Source: Roseiflexus sp.
GTDB lineage: Bacteria > Chloroflexota > Chloroflexia > Chloroflexales > Roseiflexaceae
NCBI GenBank assembly: GCA_034432635.1
Contig: DAOUBK010000101.1
Span: 263 to 64,262 of the forward strand
DNA: 64,000 nt
Direction: 5' to 3'
Each line of letters begins with the position of its first letter. Positions within the stretch are counted from its first letter, which is position 1. Of this stretch, positions 18,084 to 26,434 are shown piece after piece. The position numbers and the translations under genes were made by a program. A model generated the notes under the pieces. The model worked only from the letters and a program-made list of their open reading frames with translations. It was not told the origin of the DNA and made no database searches.

Positions 18084-19493
18084 TCATCCACGCTCATTGC
18101 GCCCGACGACGCTCGCGTTATCATCTGCAGACGCAAACTCGCGCAGTTTACCGATCATCGAATCGCGGATTTCGTATACGCGCTCCATGGTACGCGCCTC
18201 GAAACGGGTGGTGATTGCCGGCTCAGTGTTGGAGGCGCGCAGGATACCCCATCCATCGCCGAAATCAACGCGCACACCATCGACATCGATCACCGGGTAG
18301 CGGGCGGCAAAGTAGTCGCGTACGAATTCAATCGCTTTGAACTTCGTTTCTTCGTCGAAAGGCAGACGACCTTCGGATAGCGATGGCAGCGATGGGAACG
18401 GCGCCAGTGCTTCGGCAAGGGTTTGTCCGCTCTTTTCTAGTGCGTCGAGCAGCATACATCCGGCAAAGATGCCGTCATCATGAAAATGGTGTTCGACTGC
18501 GCCGAATACGTGACCGCTCAACTCACCCGCTAGCGGAGCACCGGTTTCGCGCATCTTTGCCGAGAGGTTCGAATAGCCGGTTCGCCACATCACCGGCGTC
18601 CCGCCAAACGCACGGATGGCGTCGATCAGTACCGCACTGCACTTCACATCAAACACGATCGGCGCTGGTCCCCGCGCCAGCACCTGTCTCACCAGAACGA
18701 TCAGATACCGGTCGGCAAAAACGATCTCGCCATTGCCATCGACAACACCAAGCCGGTCGCCGTCGCCATCCAGCCCGATGCCCATATCGGCGCCCGTTTC
18801 TCGCACTGCACGAATGAGGTCGTGAAGGTTTTCCTCCTTGAGCGGATCGGGATGGTGGTTGGGGAACGTCCCATCAGGTTCGATAAACAACGGAACCACA
18901 TCACAGCCAATTGCTGCTAGCGTGCGCACCCCCAACGGTCCCGCCACGCCGTTTCCGCCGTCGAGTACCACCTTCGGTCGGCGTTTGAGCGCAATGTGAC
19001 GGACAACATCGCGCACATAGTCATCCTCTGCGTTGTACTGTTCGTACCCGCCCGTTCCGGATGCGAACGCATCACTGGCGGCAATACGCCCTACTTCCTG
19101 GATCTGATCGCTGCTGAGCGGCGTACCGCCGTACACCGGATCGGAGAGGCGCAACTTCAGACCGTTGAAATGTGGCGGGTTGTGGCTGGCAGTGACCACT
19201 GCACCGCCATCGGCGCGCAGAAAAGACACTGCAAAATACATGAGCGGCGTCGGTGCCCTGCCAATATCGACCACATCGCATCCGCTCTGGCGCAGACCTT
19301 CGATCAACGCTGCGGCATATGCTGGCGACGTCAGGCGAGCATCGCGCGCCACCACGATCCGACGGCGTTCGTGCTGCCGGAAAAATGTGCCACTGGCGCG
19401 CCCCAGTGTCCAATACACCTCTTCCGAGAGGTCGCGATCAACAATGCCACGGATGTCGTATGCGCGAAAGATGGCAGGGTTCACCGTCGTCAT
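18084..19493 (-). CDS. Phosphomannomutase/phosphoglucomutase-type phosphohexomutase
   Basis: FRAYDIRG, the active-site block VVTASHNPPHFNGLK, the metal loop GIGLDGDGDRLGVVD and the sugar loop GELSGH are all present. The start at MTTVNP (19493) is preferred over the 27-aa upstream extension. Confidence 0.85.
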   Translation of the reverse strand: MTTVNPAIFRAYDIRGIVDRDLSEEVYWTLGRASGTFFRQHERRRIVVARDARLTSPAYAAALIEGLRQSGCDVVDIGRAPTPLMYFAVSFLRADGGAVVTASHNPPHFNGLKLRLSDPVYGGTPLSSDQIQEVGRIAASDAFASGTGGYEQYNAEDDYVRDVVRHIALKRRPKVVLDGGNGVAGPLGVRTLAAIGCDVVPLFIEPDGTFPNHHPDPLKEENLHDLIRAVRETGADMGIGLDGDGDRLGVVDGNGEIVFADRYLIVLVRQVLARGPAPIVFDVKCSAVLIDAIRAFGGTPVMWRTGYSNLSAKMRETGAPLAGELSGHVFGAVEHHFHDDGIFAGCMLLDALEKSGQTLAEALAPFPSLPSLSEGRLPFDEETKFKAIEFVRDYFAARYPVIDVDGVRVDFGDGWGILRASNTEPAITTRFEARTMERVYEIRDSMIGKLREFASADDNASVVGRNERG

Positions 19494-19603
19494 CAGAGCG
19501 CTCCTTTTGCACGATACCGGCGATTGGACACACACTGCAACGTTCAACACACGTATTGTAGTACCAATGTGCAATCATAGCAACCTGGCACCGGCGCCAG
19601 TCC

Positions 19604-21103
19604 TCAGTTCTCACGTCGCGCCACAACAGTCATCAGCACCCAAAAGGCGATCGCCAGGTCTGGCACGAAATAGAACCGATCAACCAGACCATGGAAGAGT
19701 GCCGCTGTCATCGCTGCCAGCGTCCCCACCATCACCACCTCACGCCATGTCTTCAGTGTGATGAGTGCATTGCGATAGAAGCGCACCAGCAGCAGACCAA
19801 ATGCCAGAACCCCCAGAGGTCCGACGTTCACCCAGGTATCGAGAATGAGATTGTGAGGGTGAGCAGCAAATTCCTCACTTGTGCCGATCAACGATGGGTC
19901 GATCGCACTTCGCCCGAATGCTGGATTGTGGTAATAGTAGAACTGGTCAGGTCCCAAACCAAATGGATGCTGCCGGAGATAGACCAGCGTCGCACGCCAG
20001 AGAAGCAGACGCGCATCGACACTACCACCACCAGGACCACCGCGCAGCGCTAGCGCCAGTCCGATCATTCCCGCGATCAGCACTCCGACGAGCGCCAGCG
20101 CCGACCAGCCTACCGCCTGTCGATGTTGTGACCGGTACAGCAGCCAGCCAATCCCCAACACACCTGCCGCAACCACACTCGCCAGCCACGCGCCGCGCGA
20201 AAAGGAGACCACAACTCCTGTCAGCGACAGTAATGCACAGGCGGCAAAGAAGAAAGCAACACCAGTTGATCGTCGTTCCGCCATGGCGAGAGAAACGCCG
20301 GTTGCCTCATCTCCTCGCCGCGTGTGCCATATCTCCACCGCCATCGCCACCGCCAGGGGCCAGACCCGTTCCAGATAAAGACCCAGATTGTTGGGATGAC
20401 CATAGACCGAGGTTACCCGTCGCACTCCATCAACGATGATAATGTTTTCGCTGAAGGCGCGTTTCTCGCCGATCAACGGCGTCAGGTCCAGCCCGACAAA
20501 CTGGAAAGCGCCAACTGCCCCCACGAATGCGCCACTTATCGCCAGTGTACCGATCAGGGTTGCGCGCGACATATCGATGACGCGCACGAGTCCGTAGAAC
20601 ACTAACGGCTCGGCGATCAACCAGCGAAACTCACGCAGCGCAGCGCCTCGACCCTCAGGAACTGCCAGTGCCACGCCAATGATGCCCGCCAGCACCAGCA
20701 GCGCCTCCGGAGCACAGAAAGCGCCCATCGCTCGCACACGTTGCAGTGCAGCGCGCGCGTCGGGCATACGGCGCTCCTGAATCTGTCTGCCAAACCAGCG
20801 TCCACATACGACTGCGGTCGTGATCAGGAGCGCGACTTCATGGAGCGGAAGGAACAGCGTTCGTGCCGGAATATCGACCTTCGCCGGCATCAGGTAGAGT
20901 GGTACGGTCAGAATGACGCACACTAGACCACCTGCCGGATACGCCAGCGCCAGCGCTGCGAACAGAAACACACCGGTCAGGCGTAATGCGAGCGGCAACC
21001 CGCTGGCAGAGAAGACAGCCAGGCACAGCGCCATGAAGAACGTCGCCTGCACAAACGTTGTGCGTGCGGTGCGCTGATAGAGGTCGAACAGAAAACCGGG
21101 CAT
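19604..21103 (-). CDS. O-antigen ligase/polymerase-like (Wzy_C) polytopic membrane protein
   Basis: More than 10 hydrophobic helices are present, with a Wzy_C-type loop (AAHPHNLILDTWVNVGPLGVLAF; also YGHPNNLGLYLE). Confidence 0.7.
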   Translation of the reverse strand: MPGFLFDLYQRTARTTFVQATFFMALCLAVFSASGLPLALRLTGVFLFAALALAYPAGGLVCVILTVPLYLMPAKVDIPARTLFLPLHEVALLITTAVVCGRWFGRQIQERRMPDARAALQRVRAMGAFCAPEALLVLAGIIGVALAVPEGRGAALREFRWLIAEPLVFYGLVRVIDMSRATLIGTLAISGAFVGAVGAFQFVGLDLTPLIGEKRAFSENIIIVDGVRRVTSVYGHPNNLGLYLERVWPLAVAMAVEIWHTRRGDEATGVSLAMAERRSTGVAFFFAACALLSLTGVVVSFSRGAWLASVVAAGVLGIGWLLYRSQHRQAVGWSALALVGVLIAGMIGLALALRGGPGGGSVDARLLLWRATLVYLRQHPFGLGPDQFYYYHNPAFGRSAIDPSLIGTSEEFAAHPHNLILDTWVNVGPLGVLAFGLLLVRFYRNALITLKTWREVVMVGTLAAMTAALFHGLVDRFYFVPDLAIAFWVLMTVVARREN

Positions 21104-21117
21104 GATGACTCAGTCCC

Positions 21118-22770
21118 TTACCACCGCACAACGCTCCTCCCGATGTCCAGCATTATCAGCGCACTGGCGCATGCCAGTGCCGTCGTCAGCACGGTAGGAA
21201 CCAGCGTCCATACCCACGGAAGCGGACGTTCACGACCGACAACAAAGTAATCCGGCGCAACAGTGCTCCGAATAGTGCACGTATGCACACCATCGGTCAA
21301 CCCCGACGCAACCTGTGCCAGACCGCCATCGCTCGATGGATCGAAGCGCAGCACCGTTCCATCATCGAGCGTCACTTCGGCGGGTGCATTGAAACGAATG
21401 GCAAGCGATTGACCAGTAAAACGCAGACGCCACTCCCCTTCACCAAAGGACTCAACTGCCGGATGATACCAGGTGTGCGCACCGACGCCCGCAACTGAGC
21501 CGGCTTTAGCGTAGGCACGTACCGCATGATAAGCGGGCAGTGGACGGAAATCACGATCAACCAGGGCAAAGTAGGGAGTCGGGTCGGCGGGGTCTGCTTC
21601 ACGGTAGCCTCCCCAGCGCAAAAACCAGATATTCATGACCCCCACCCAGGGCCACTCGCGGCGGGCGCGTTCCAGTTGACCGACCAGGTAGGCGCCCTTC
21701 GTTTCCTCGGAGACGGGCGGACCCCACGTACTGCGCGCCGGTTCCAGTATGTGGTCTGGAGCGCTGTTATAGCCAAATTCACTGATCCACACCGCTTTTG
21801 CACCGTCTCCGTGACGCTCCATCACCTCTCGCAGCATCACGATACGCGAAACATCGATCCGCGAGTCGATCGGGCGGTCGAGGTCGCGCAAAGGTGCTTC
21901 CGGTCGCCAGCGCAACCGGATATAACGGTTCTCGTTGGGGGGTTGACCCAGTCCATACGCCTGCGCCGACATGATATCGAAGTATGGCGCACCGCCAGCG
22001 CGGTACACACGGTCGAGATACTCCAGTTCGCTCATCGGCGCAATGCGTGGCTCCCTCCCGTCGGTTGGCGAGAGACTGGGAAACAGGATCACCACGTCGG
22101 GATTGGCAGTGCGCGCTGCAACTGCCGCCAGTCGCAACAGTTCGACGAAACGCTCCGGTTCGGGCGTTCGCCAGCTCCACTCATACGCCAGGTTCGGCTC
22201 ATTCCAGATCTGGATGAATCGAACCTGTCCGCGGTACCGCGCCGCAACCGCAGCGACGAAATCAGCATAATCGACGTAGTTCTCCGGCGGACCGGTCGAA
22301 CTGGCGTGCTCCGCCAGACCTACCTGGAAACGTGGATCGGCATCATCGTTGGGACGCGCCCACTGCGGCGCGCGGTCGATGCGGACGATCAACTCCAGCC
22401 CCAGACGCCGCGCCTCCTGGACGATGATATCGTACTTTTCCCAGGAACTGCGCACCCGATCCGGATTGCGACGATCGACGAAATCTCCCTTGCCGTGGAT
22501 TTCGACATCATCCCATGGCATCTGAATGCGCACAAAATCCGCCCCCATGTCACGCGCCAGTTCGAGGGTGCGGGTAACATCCGCGCTGTCAGGTTCAAAC
22601 TGGAGGTTGAACGCATTGACGCCAATCTGTGGTACATCCGTCCAGGCAATCGGCGTTGCAGATGGCTCATACGTTACCCCGCGATTAACTTCGTTGTCGA
22701 ACCAGGTGTACACCGCCAGCGCGCCGGTCAGGACGCCGATCACCACACCATACACCAGGACGCGAACCAT
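21118..22770 (-). CDS. Membrane-anchored clan GH-A glycoside hydrolase (GH5/GH39-like)
   Basis: An N-terminal TM helix is followed by a TIM-barrel glycosidase with acid/base context IQIWNEPNLAYEW and nucleophile context VWISEFGYNS. A C-terminal hydrophobic helix is present. Confidence 0.6.
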   Translation of the reverse strand: MVRVLVYGVVIGVLTGALAVYTWFDNEVNRGVTYEPSATPIAWTDVPQIGVNAFNLQFEPDSADVTRTLELARDMGADFVRIQMPWDDVEIHGKGDFVDRRNPDRVRSSWEKYDIIVQEARRLGLELIVRIDRAPQWARPNDDADPRFQVGLAEHASSTGPPENYVDYADFVAAVAARYRGQVRFIQIWNEPNLAYEWSWRTPEPERFVELLRLAAVAARTANPDVVILFPSLSPTDGREPRIAPMSELEYLDRVYRAGGAPYFDIMSAQAYGLGQPPNENRYIRLRWRPEAPLRDLDRPIDSRIDVSRIVMLREVMERHGDGAKAVWISEFGYNSAPDHILEPARSTWGPPVSEETKGAYLVGQLERARREWPWVGVMNIWFLRWGGYREADPADPTPYFALVDRDFRPLPAYHAVRAYAKAGSVAGVGAHTWYHPAVESFGEGEWRLRFTGQSLAIRFNAPAEVTLDDGTVLRFDPSSDGGLAQVASGLTDGVHTCTIRSTVAPDYFVVGRERPLPWVWTLVPTVLTTALACASALIMLDIGRSVVRW

Positions 22771-22905
22771 GCTTCCTCCTCGTTCAACCAGGCGGGGAGT
22801 ATAGCGGCATCAGAGAATGGCGTCAAGAGAACCGGCATCCCTGTCAGCACACCACGCCATATCGTGGCATCATGAACCTGATGATCCATAACGGAGGTTC
22901 AAAAG

Positions 22906-23574
22906 ATGACGTTCACCGTTCGCCCTGCAACTCGAGCGGATATTTCTGATCTGGCACGTCTGATTGTCGAACTGTATCAGGCGGAAATGCCGGGTGCATT
23001 GACCGGTCCTGTCGAAAAACAGATAGAACTGTTACGCTTCACCCTGGAAGCCAACGGCGAGAAAGCAGTACATCACCGTTATGTACTTTGCAGTGAACGC
23101 GGCACGGTTATCGGAACGGGCATGATTGAATTTCCCGGTCATGGACGTTTCGAGCGCGCTCCCAGTGGTGTTGTGGCGACTGCGTTTCGCACACTGGGAG
23201 TTTTCCCGACACTTCGATTGTTCGGCGCCATTGCGCGCACGCTGTTTGGCGTCTATCGTCATACCGATCCGCATAGCGCCCTGATCCACACGGTCGTGGT
23301 GACCGGCAGCGAGCGCAGCAAGGGCGCCGGGACGGTTCTGATGCACAACCTGGAATGCACGATCCGCAGGTATGGCTACGCCCGCGCGCGGTTGCAGGTG
23401 CTGGTGTGGAATACCAGGGCGCAGCGTTTTTATGAGCGTCGCGGTTACACCGCGGTCTGGCATCGTTCAAGCTGGCGCGCCCTGTTCTCGTGGCCCAGCG
23501 TGGTGATGGAAAAAATCCTGGAGGATTGTCCCGACGATGAACGCTTTTCAATGATACATGTTTCCTCAGAATAA
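22906..23574 (+). CDS. GNAT-family N-acetyltransferase
   Basis: The acetyl-CoA motif is VVVTGSERSKGAGTVLM (R-x-x-G-x-G). ARAQRFYERRGY is typical of GNAT motif B. Confidence 0.75.
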   Translation: MTFTVRPATRADISDLARLIVELYQAEMPGALTGPVEKQIELLRFTLEANGEKAVHHRYVLCSERGTVIGTGMIEFPGHGRFERAPSGVVATAFRTLGVFPTLRLFGAIARTLFGVYRHTDPHSALIHTVVVTGSERSKGAGTVLMHNLECTIRRYGYARARLQVLVWNTRAQRFYERRGYTAVWHRSSWRALFSWPSVVMEKILEDCPDDERFSMIHVSSE

Positions 23575-23625
23575 TGTTGCTGTCGCTCACACCTTTTCTG
23601 GAGCGATTCAGAATCACGATCCCGG

Positions 23626-23653
23626 TTGCGTCGCCGGGTAAACATGCTATAAT
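23626..23653 (+). promoter_or_regulatory. Candidate sigma70-type promoter (TTGCGT-N16-TATAAT) about 240 nt upstream of the kinase gene
   Basis: The hexamers were read directly from the sequence. This is the only good -10 in the 326-nt intergenic region. Confidence 0.35.
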
Positions 23654-23900
23654 CGAAAGTAGTACCTTGAAGGCGATCCCATCACCTGACTTTACCGCTT
23701 TCGTCCTCACCGGAGAGCACGTACCGGCAATGAACCACTGAGTTATCCCGACCACACGCCCGACACGTCTGATCGGGACAGAGGTTCGTGTGCTGCCGGA
23801 AGTCTACAGCATCCAGTGACGTATGCTGTCCATCAGGAGACCATTGCACCGCAATGATGCGGATCAACAAGGGATGCCTCTCCCTGGAAAGGGGAGAACC

Positions 23901-26399
23901 ATGAGCGAACCCGAACGGTCGAACGACCCATCCCACGACTCTCCCTCCCTGGTATCGCTGATCACGCTCATGCTGATGTTTGCGTTTCTCCTGGCGCTGG
24001 TCAATATCACGCTCTTCTTTGTGAGCGACGATCTGACAGGTGCGGCGATCGCAGTCGTTGCCGCATGCGCCACATTGCTCCTTGCGCTTGCACGACACCT
24101 GGCGCTGCATAAGCATCGGTATGCAGCGATCATGCTCTTTGCAACCACGCTCGCCACCGGCACAACCGTAACCGTCTGGATTGAACCGGCGAGCACGCCG
24201 GTGGCAGTGCTCGTTCCACCGCTTATTCTGATAACAACGCTGCAATACCTCCGTGTGTGGGACATCGGACCACTGATTGCCATTGTCAGCCTGGTCTCAG
24301 TGGCGCTGACCGTTGTCGGCGAAACGGCGCATCCCTGGTTCGTTTCGACCGACCCGCTTGCACCGGCGATCCGTGCTGCGGCGATTATTGTTGCCATTTC
24401 ATTGCTGACGGCAATGCTCTGGAATTACGGGTCGCGTCTGCGCGCAACGCTGCTGCACCTCGAAGCGGTCAACACCGCGTTGCACGAAAGTGAGGTGTGC
24501 TATCGCTCGATTGTTGAGGATCACACCGAACTGATCTGCCGTGCCCAACCCGATGGGACGGTGACCCTGATCAATCCGGCTGGCAGTCGCTCCTGGGGAC
24601 TGAAACGCGACGAGATTATCGGCAACAACCTGCGGCAGTTCATCCATCCCGATGATCTTCCGCTGTTCAATCGCCACCTGGCGTCGCTCACGCCGGAAGC
24701 GCCTGTGAGCACGAGTGAACATCGCACGCTGATGCCGGACGGCGACATTCGCTGGCAGCGATGGACCATCCGCGCCCTCTACGATGGCGAACGCCTGATC
24801 GGGTATCAGGTGGTTGGGCGTGATGTGACCGAACACAGGCGCGCAGAAGAGCAGATGCTGCGCAGGGAGCAACAGTTCAAAGCGATTGCTGAAAATGCGC
24901 CAGACCTGATTGTTCGCTATGATTTTCAGCAACGCCATCTTTATGTCAATCCGGCATTCGAGCATGCAACCGGGCTGACCGGCGCCTCTGTCATCGGCAA
25001 AACGTACCGTGACATCGGTGCACCTGAAGCAATTGCGCAGAATCTGGATGCTTGTCTGCGGAATGCGCTAATGACCGGTACCGTGCAGACACTTGCCTTC
25101 GATACGCCGACACCTTGCGGGCTTCGCTCTTACGAGGCGCGCATTGTACCGGAATTCAGTCCGAATGGCAATGTTGAGTCGTTCCTTGCAATCTTGCGCG
25201 ACAGAACCGAACACCGTCAGCACGAACAGGTAATGCAACATCGCCAGAAACTCGAAAGCATGGGAGTAATTGCGCAGGGCATTGCGTACGAATTCAACAA
25301 TCTGCTCGCCATTATCCTGAACAATGCTGAACTGACCCTTGCAACGCTCGCTCCTCATACACCGGAACGCCTCTCACTCGAAGCGATTCTCAGCGCCGGA
25401 CGCCGGGCAGCCGTCATCACGCGCCAGATGCAGACCTATGTCGGGCATAGCCCATTGCAGACAACCCTGATCAGCCTCAATGCTCTGATCGAGGAGATGA
25501 AGGAACTGCTCCAGGCATCAATCACCCGGAGCGTTGATCTAGTCTATCGTCTGAGCGACGCCGATCCGCTGGTGGAAGGCGACGTAGCGCAGTTGCGCCA
25601 GGTAATCCTCAACCTGACAATCAATGCTGCCGAGGCCATCGGTGATCGGTCTGGCGAAGTTGCTATCTCCACTGAGGTTCGTGCCGTTGACCGTGCACTC
25701 CTGGAGACAGCCATTGGCAGCGATGGTCTGAAGGAAGGCGCGTATGCCGCGCTGACGGTCAGCGACAATGGCTGCGGAATGGATGCAGTCACGCTCGAGC
25801 GGATCTTCGATCCCTTCTTCACGACAAAATTCATTGGGCGTGGTCTGGGTCTGCCGGCTACCCTCGGTATCGTGCGCGGGCACGGTGGTGCAATCCGTGT
25901 GACCAGCACACCCGGCGAAGGCACAACGGTCGCCGTTTTCCTGCCGGCGGTCCACACACCATCTACCCGTGTCGAAACGTTCACGCCGACACTGCGGATG
26001 TTGATCGAACATACCGGTTGCTCGCGCATCTTTCTGGTCGTTGATGACGAAGAGAGTACGCGCGCCGTTGCAGCGCGCATGCTGGAGTGGATGGGGCACC
26101 CTGCGCTCACAACTGGCGATGTCGAAACGGCGATCATTCTCGCCCGACAGCATCGTGAGCATCTCGCATGCGTGCTGCTCGATCTTCCAGCGGATCACAC
26201 TCTCGCCCAAGCGGTTGGGCGGTTTCGACAGGTCTGTGCCCATGTACCGATCGTGCTCATGAGCGGCTACCCGGAAGAGATTGCAAGCCGGCGGTTTGCG
26301 TACCTGGGGCTGAGTGGTTTTCTCCAGAAGCCTTTCACATCATACGAACTGAGAAGTGTGTTCGATGCTGTGGCAATGACCGATCATCTTCCCGCCTGA
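23901..26399 (+). CDS. Hybrid sensor kinase homolog (TM region, PAS domains, HisKA-like, HATPase, receiver) with Tyr at the phospho-acceptor position
   Basis: An AGGGGAG SD lies before the ATG at 23901. PAS blocks are present. The H-box reads GIAYEFNNLL (TAC at 25287-25289) instead of GIAH(D/E)FNNLL. The N box (LNLTINAAEAI), G1 (SDNGCGMD) and G2 (GRGLGLP) are intact. The receiver has DDEES...VLLDL...QKPF. Confidence 0.8.
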   Translation: MSEPERSNDPSHDSPSLVSLITLMLMFAFLLALVNITLFFVSDDLTGAAIAVVAACATLLLALARHLALHKHRYAAIMLFATTLATGTTVTVWIEPASTPVAVLVPPLILITTLQYLRVWDIGPLIAIVSLVSVALTVVGETAHPWFVSTDPLAPAIRAAAIIVAISLLTAMLWNYGSRLRATLLHLEAVNTALHESEVCYRSIVEDHTELICRAQPDGTVTLINPAGSRSWGLKRDEIIGNNLRQFIHPDDLPLFNRHLASLTPEAPVSTSEHRTLMPDGDIRWQRWTIRALYDGERLIGYQVVGRDVTEHRRAEEQMLRREQQFKAIAENAPDLIVRYDFQQRHLYVNPAFEHATGLTGASVIGKTYRDIGAPEAIAQNLDACLRNALMTGTVQTLAFDTPTPCGLRSYEARIVPEFSPNGNVESFLAILRDRTEHRQHEQVMQHRQKLESMGVIAQGIAYEFNNLLAIILNNAELTLATLAPHTPERLSLEAILSAGRRAAVITRQMQTYVGHSPLQTTLISLNALIEEMKELLQASITRSVDLVYRLSDADPLVEGDVAQLRQVILNLTINAAEAIGDRSGEVAISTEVRAVDRALLETAIGSDGLKEGAYAALTVSDNGCGMDAVTLERIFDPFFTTKFIGRGLGLPATLGIVRGHGGAIRVTSTPGEGTTVAVFLPAVHTPSTRVETFTPTLRMLIEHTGCSRIFLVVDDEESTRAVAARMLEWMGHPALTTGDVETAIILARQHREHLACVLLDLPADHTLAQAVGRFRQVCAHVPIVLMSGYPEEIASRRFAYLGLSGFLQKPFTSYELRSVFDAVAMTDHLPA

Positions 26400-26412
26400 C
26401 ACCCGCAGCCAC

Positions 26413-26434
26413 ATGTCGGGTATAATCCCGACAT
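26413..26434. promoter_or_regulatory. Perfect 8-bp inverted repeat ATGTCGGG / CCCGACAT bracketing a TATAAT hexamer
   Basis: Read directly. It lies between the kinase stop (26399) and the second possible start (ATG 26437) of the first GT-C gene. A CTGACA hexamer lies 19 nt upstream of the TATAAT. Confidence 0.35.

Noticed and set aside
23654-23900. Known riboswitch (for example c-di-GMP or SAM) in the kinase leader.
   Set aside because: No conserved core motif of any class I can recall is present. It is retained only as an unclassified structured leader with low interest.
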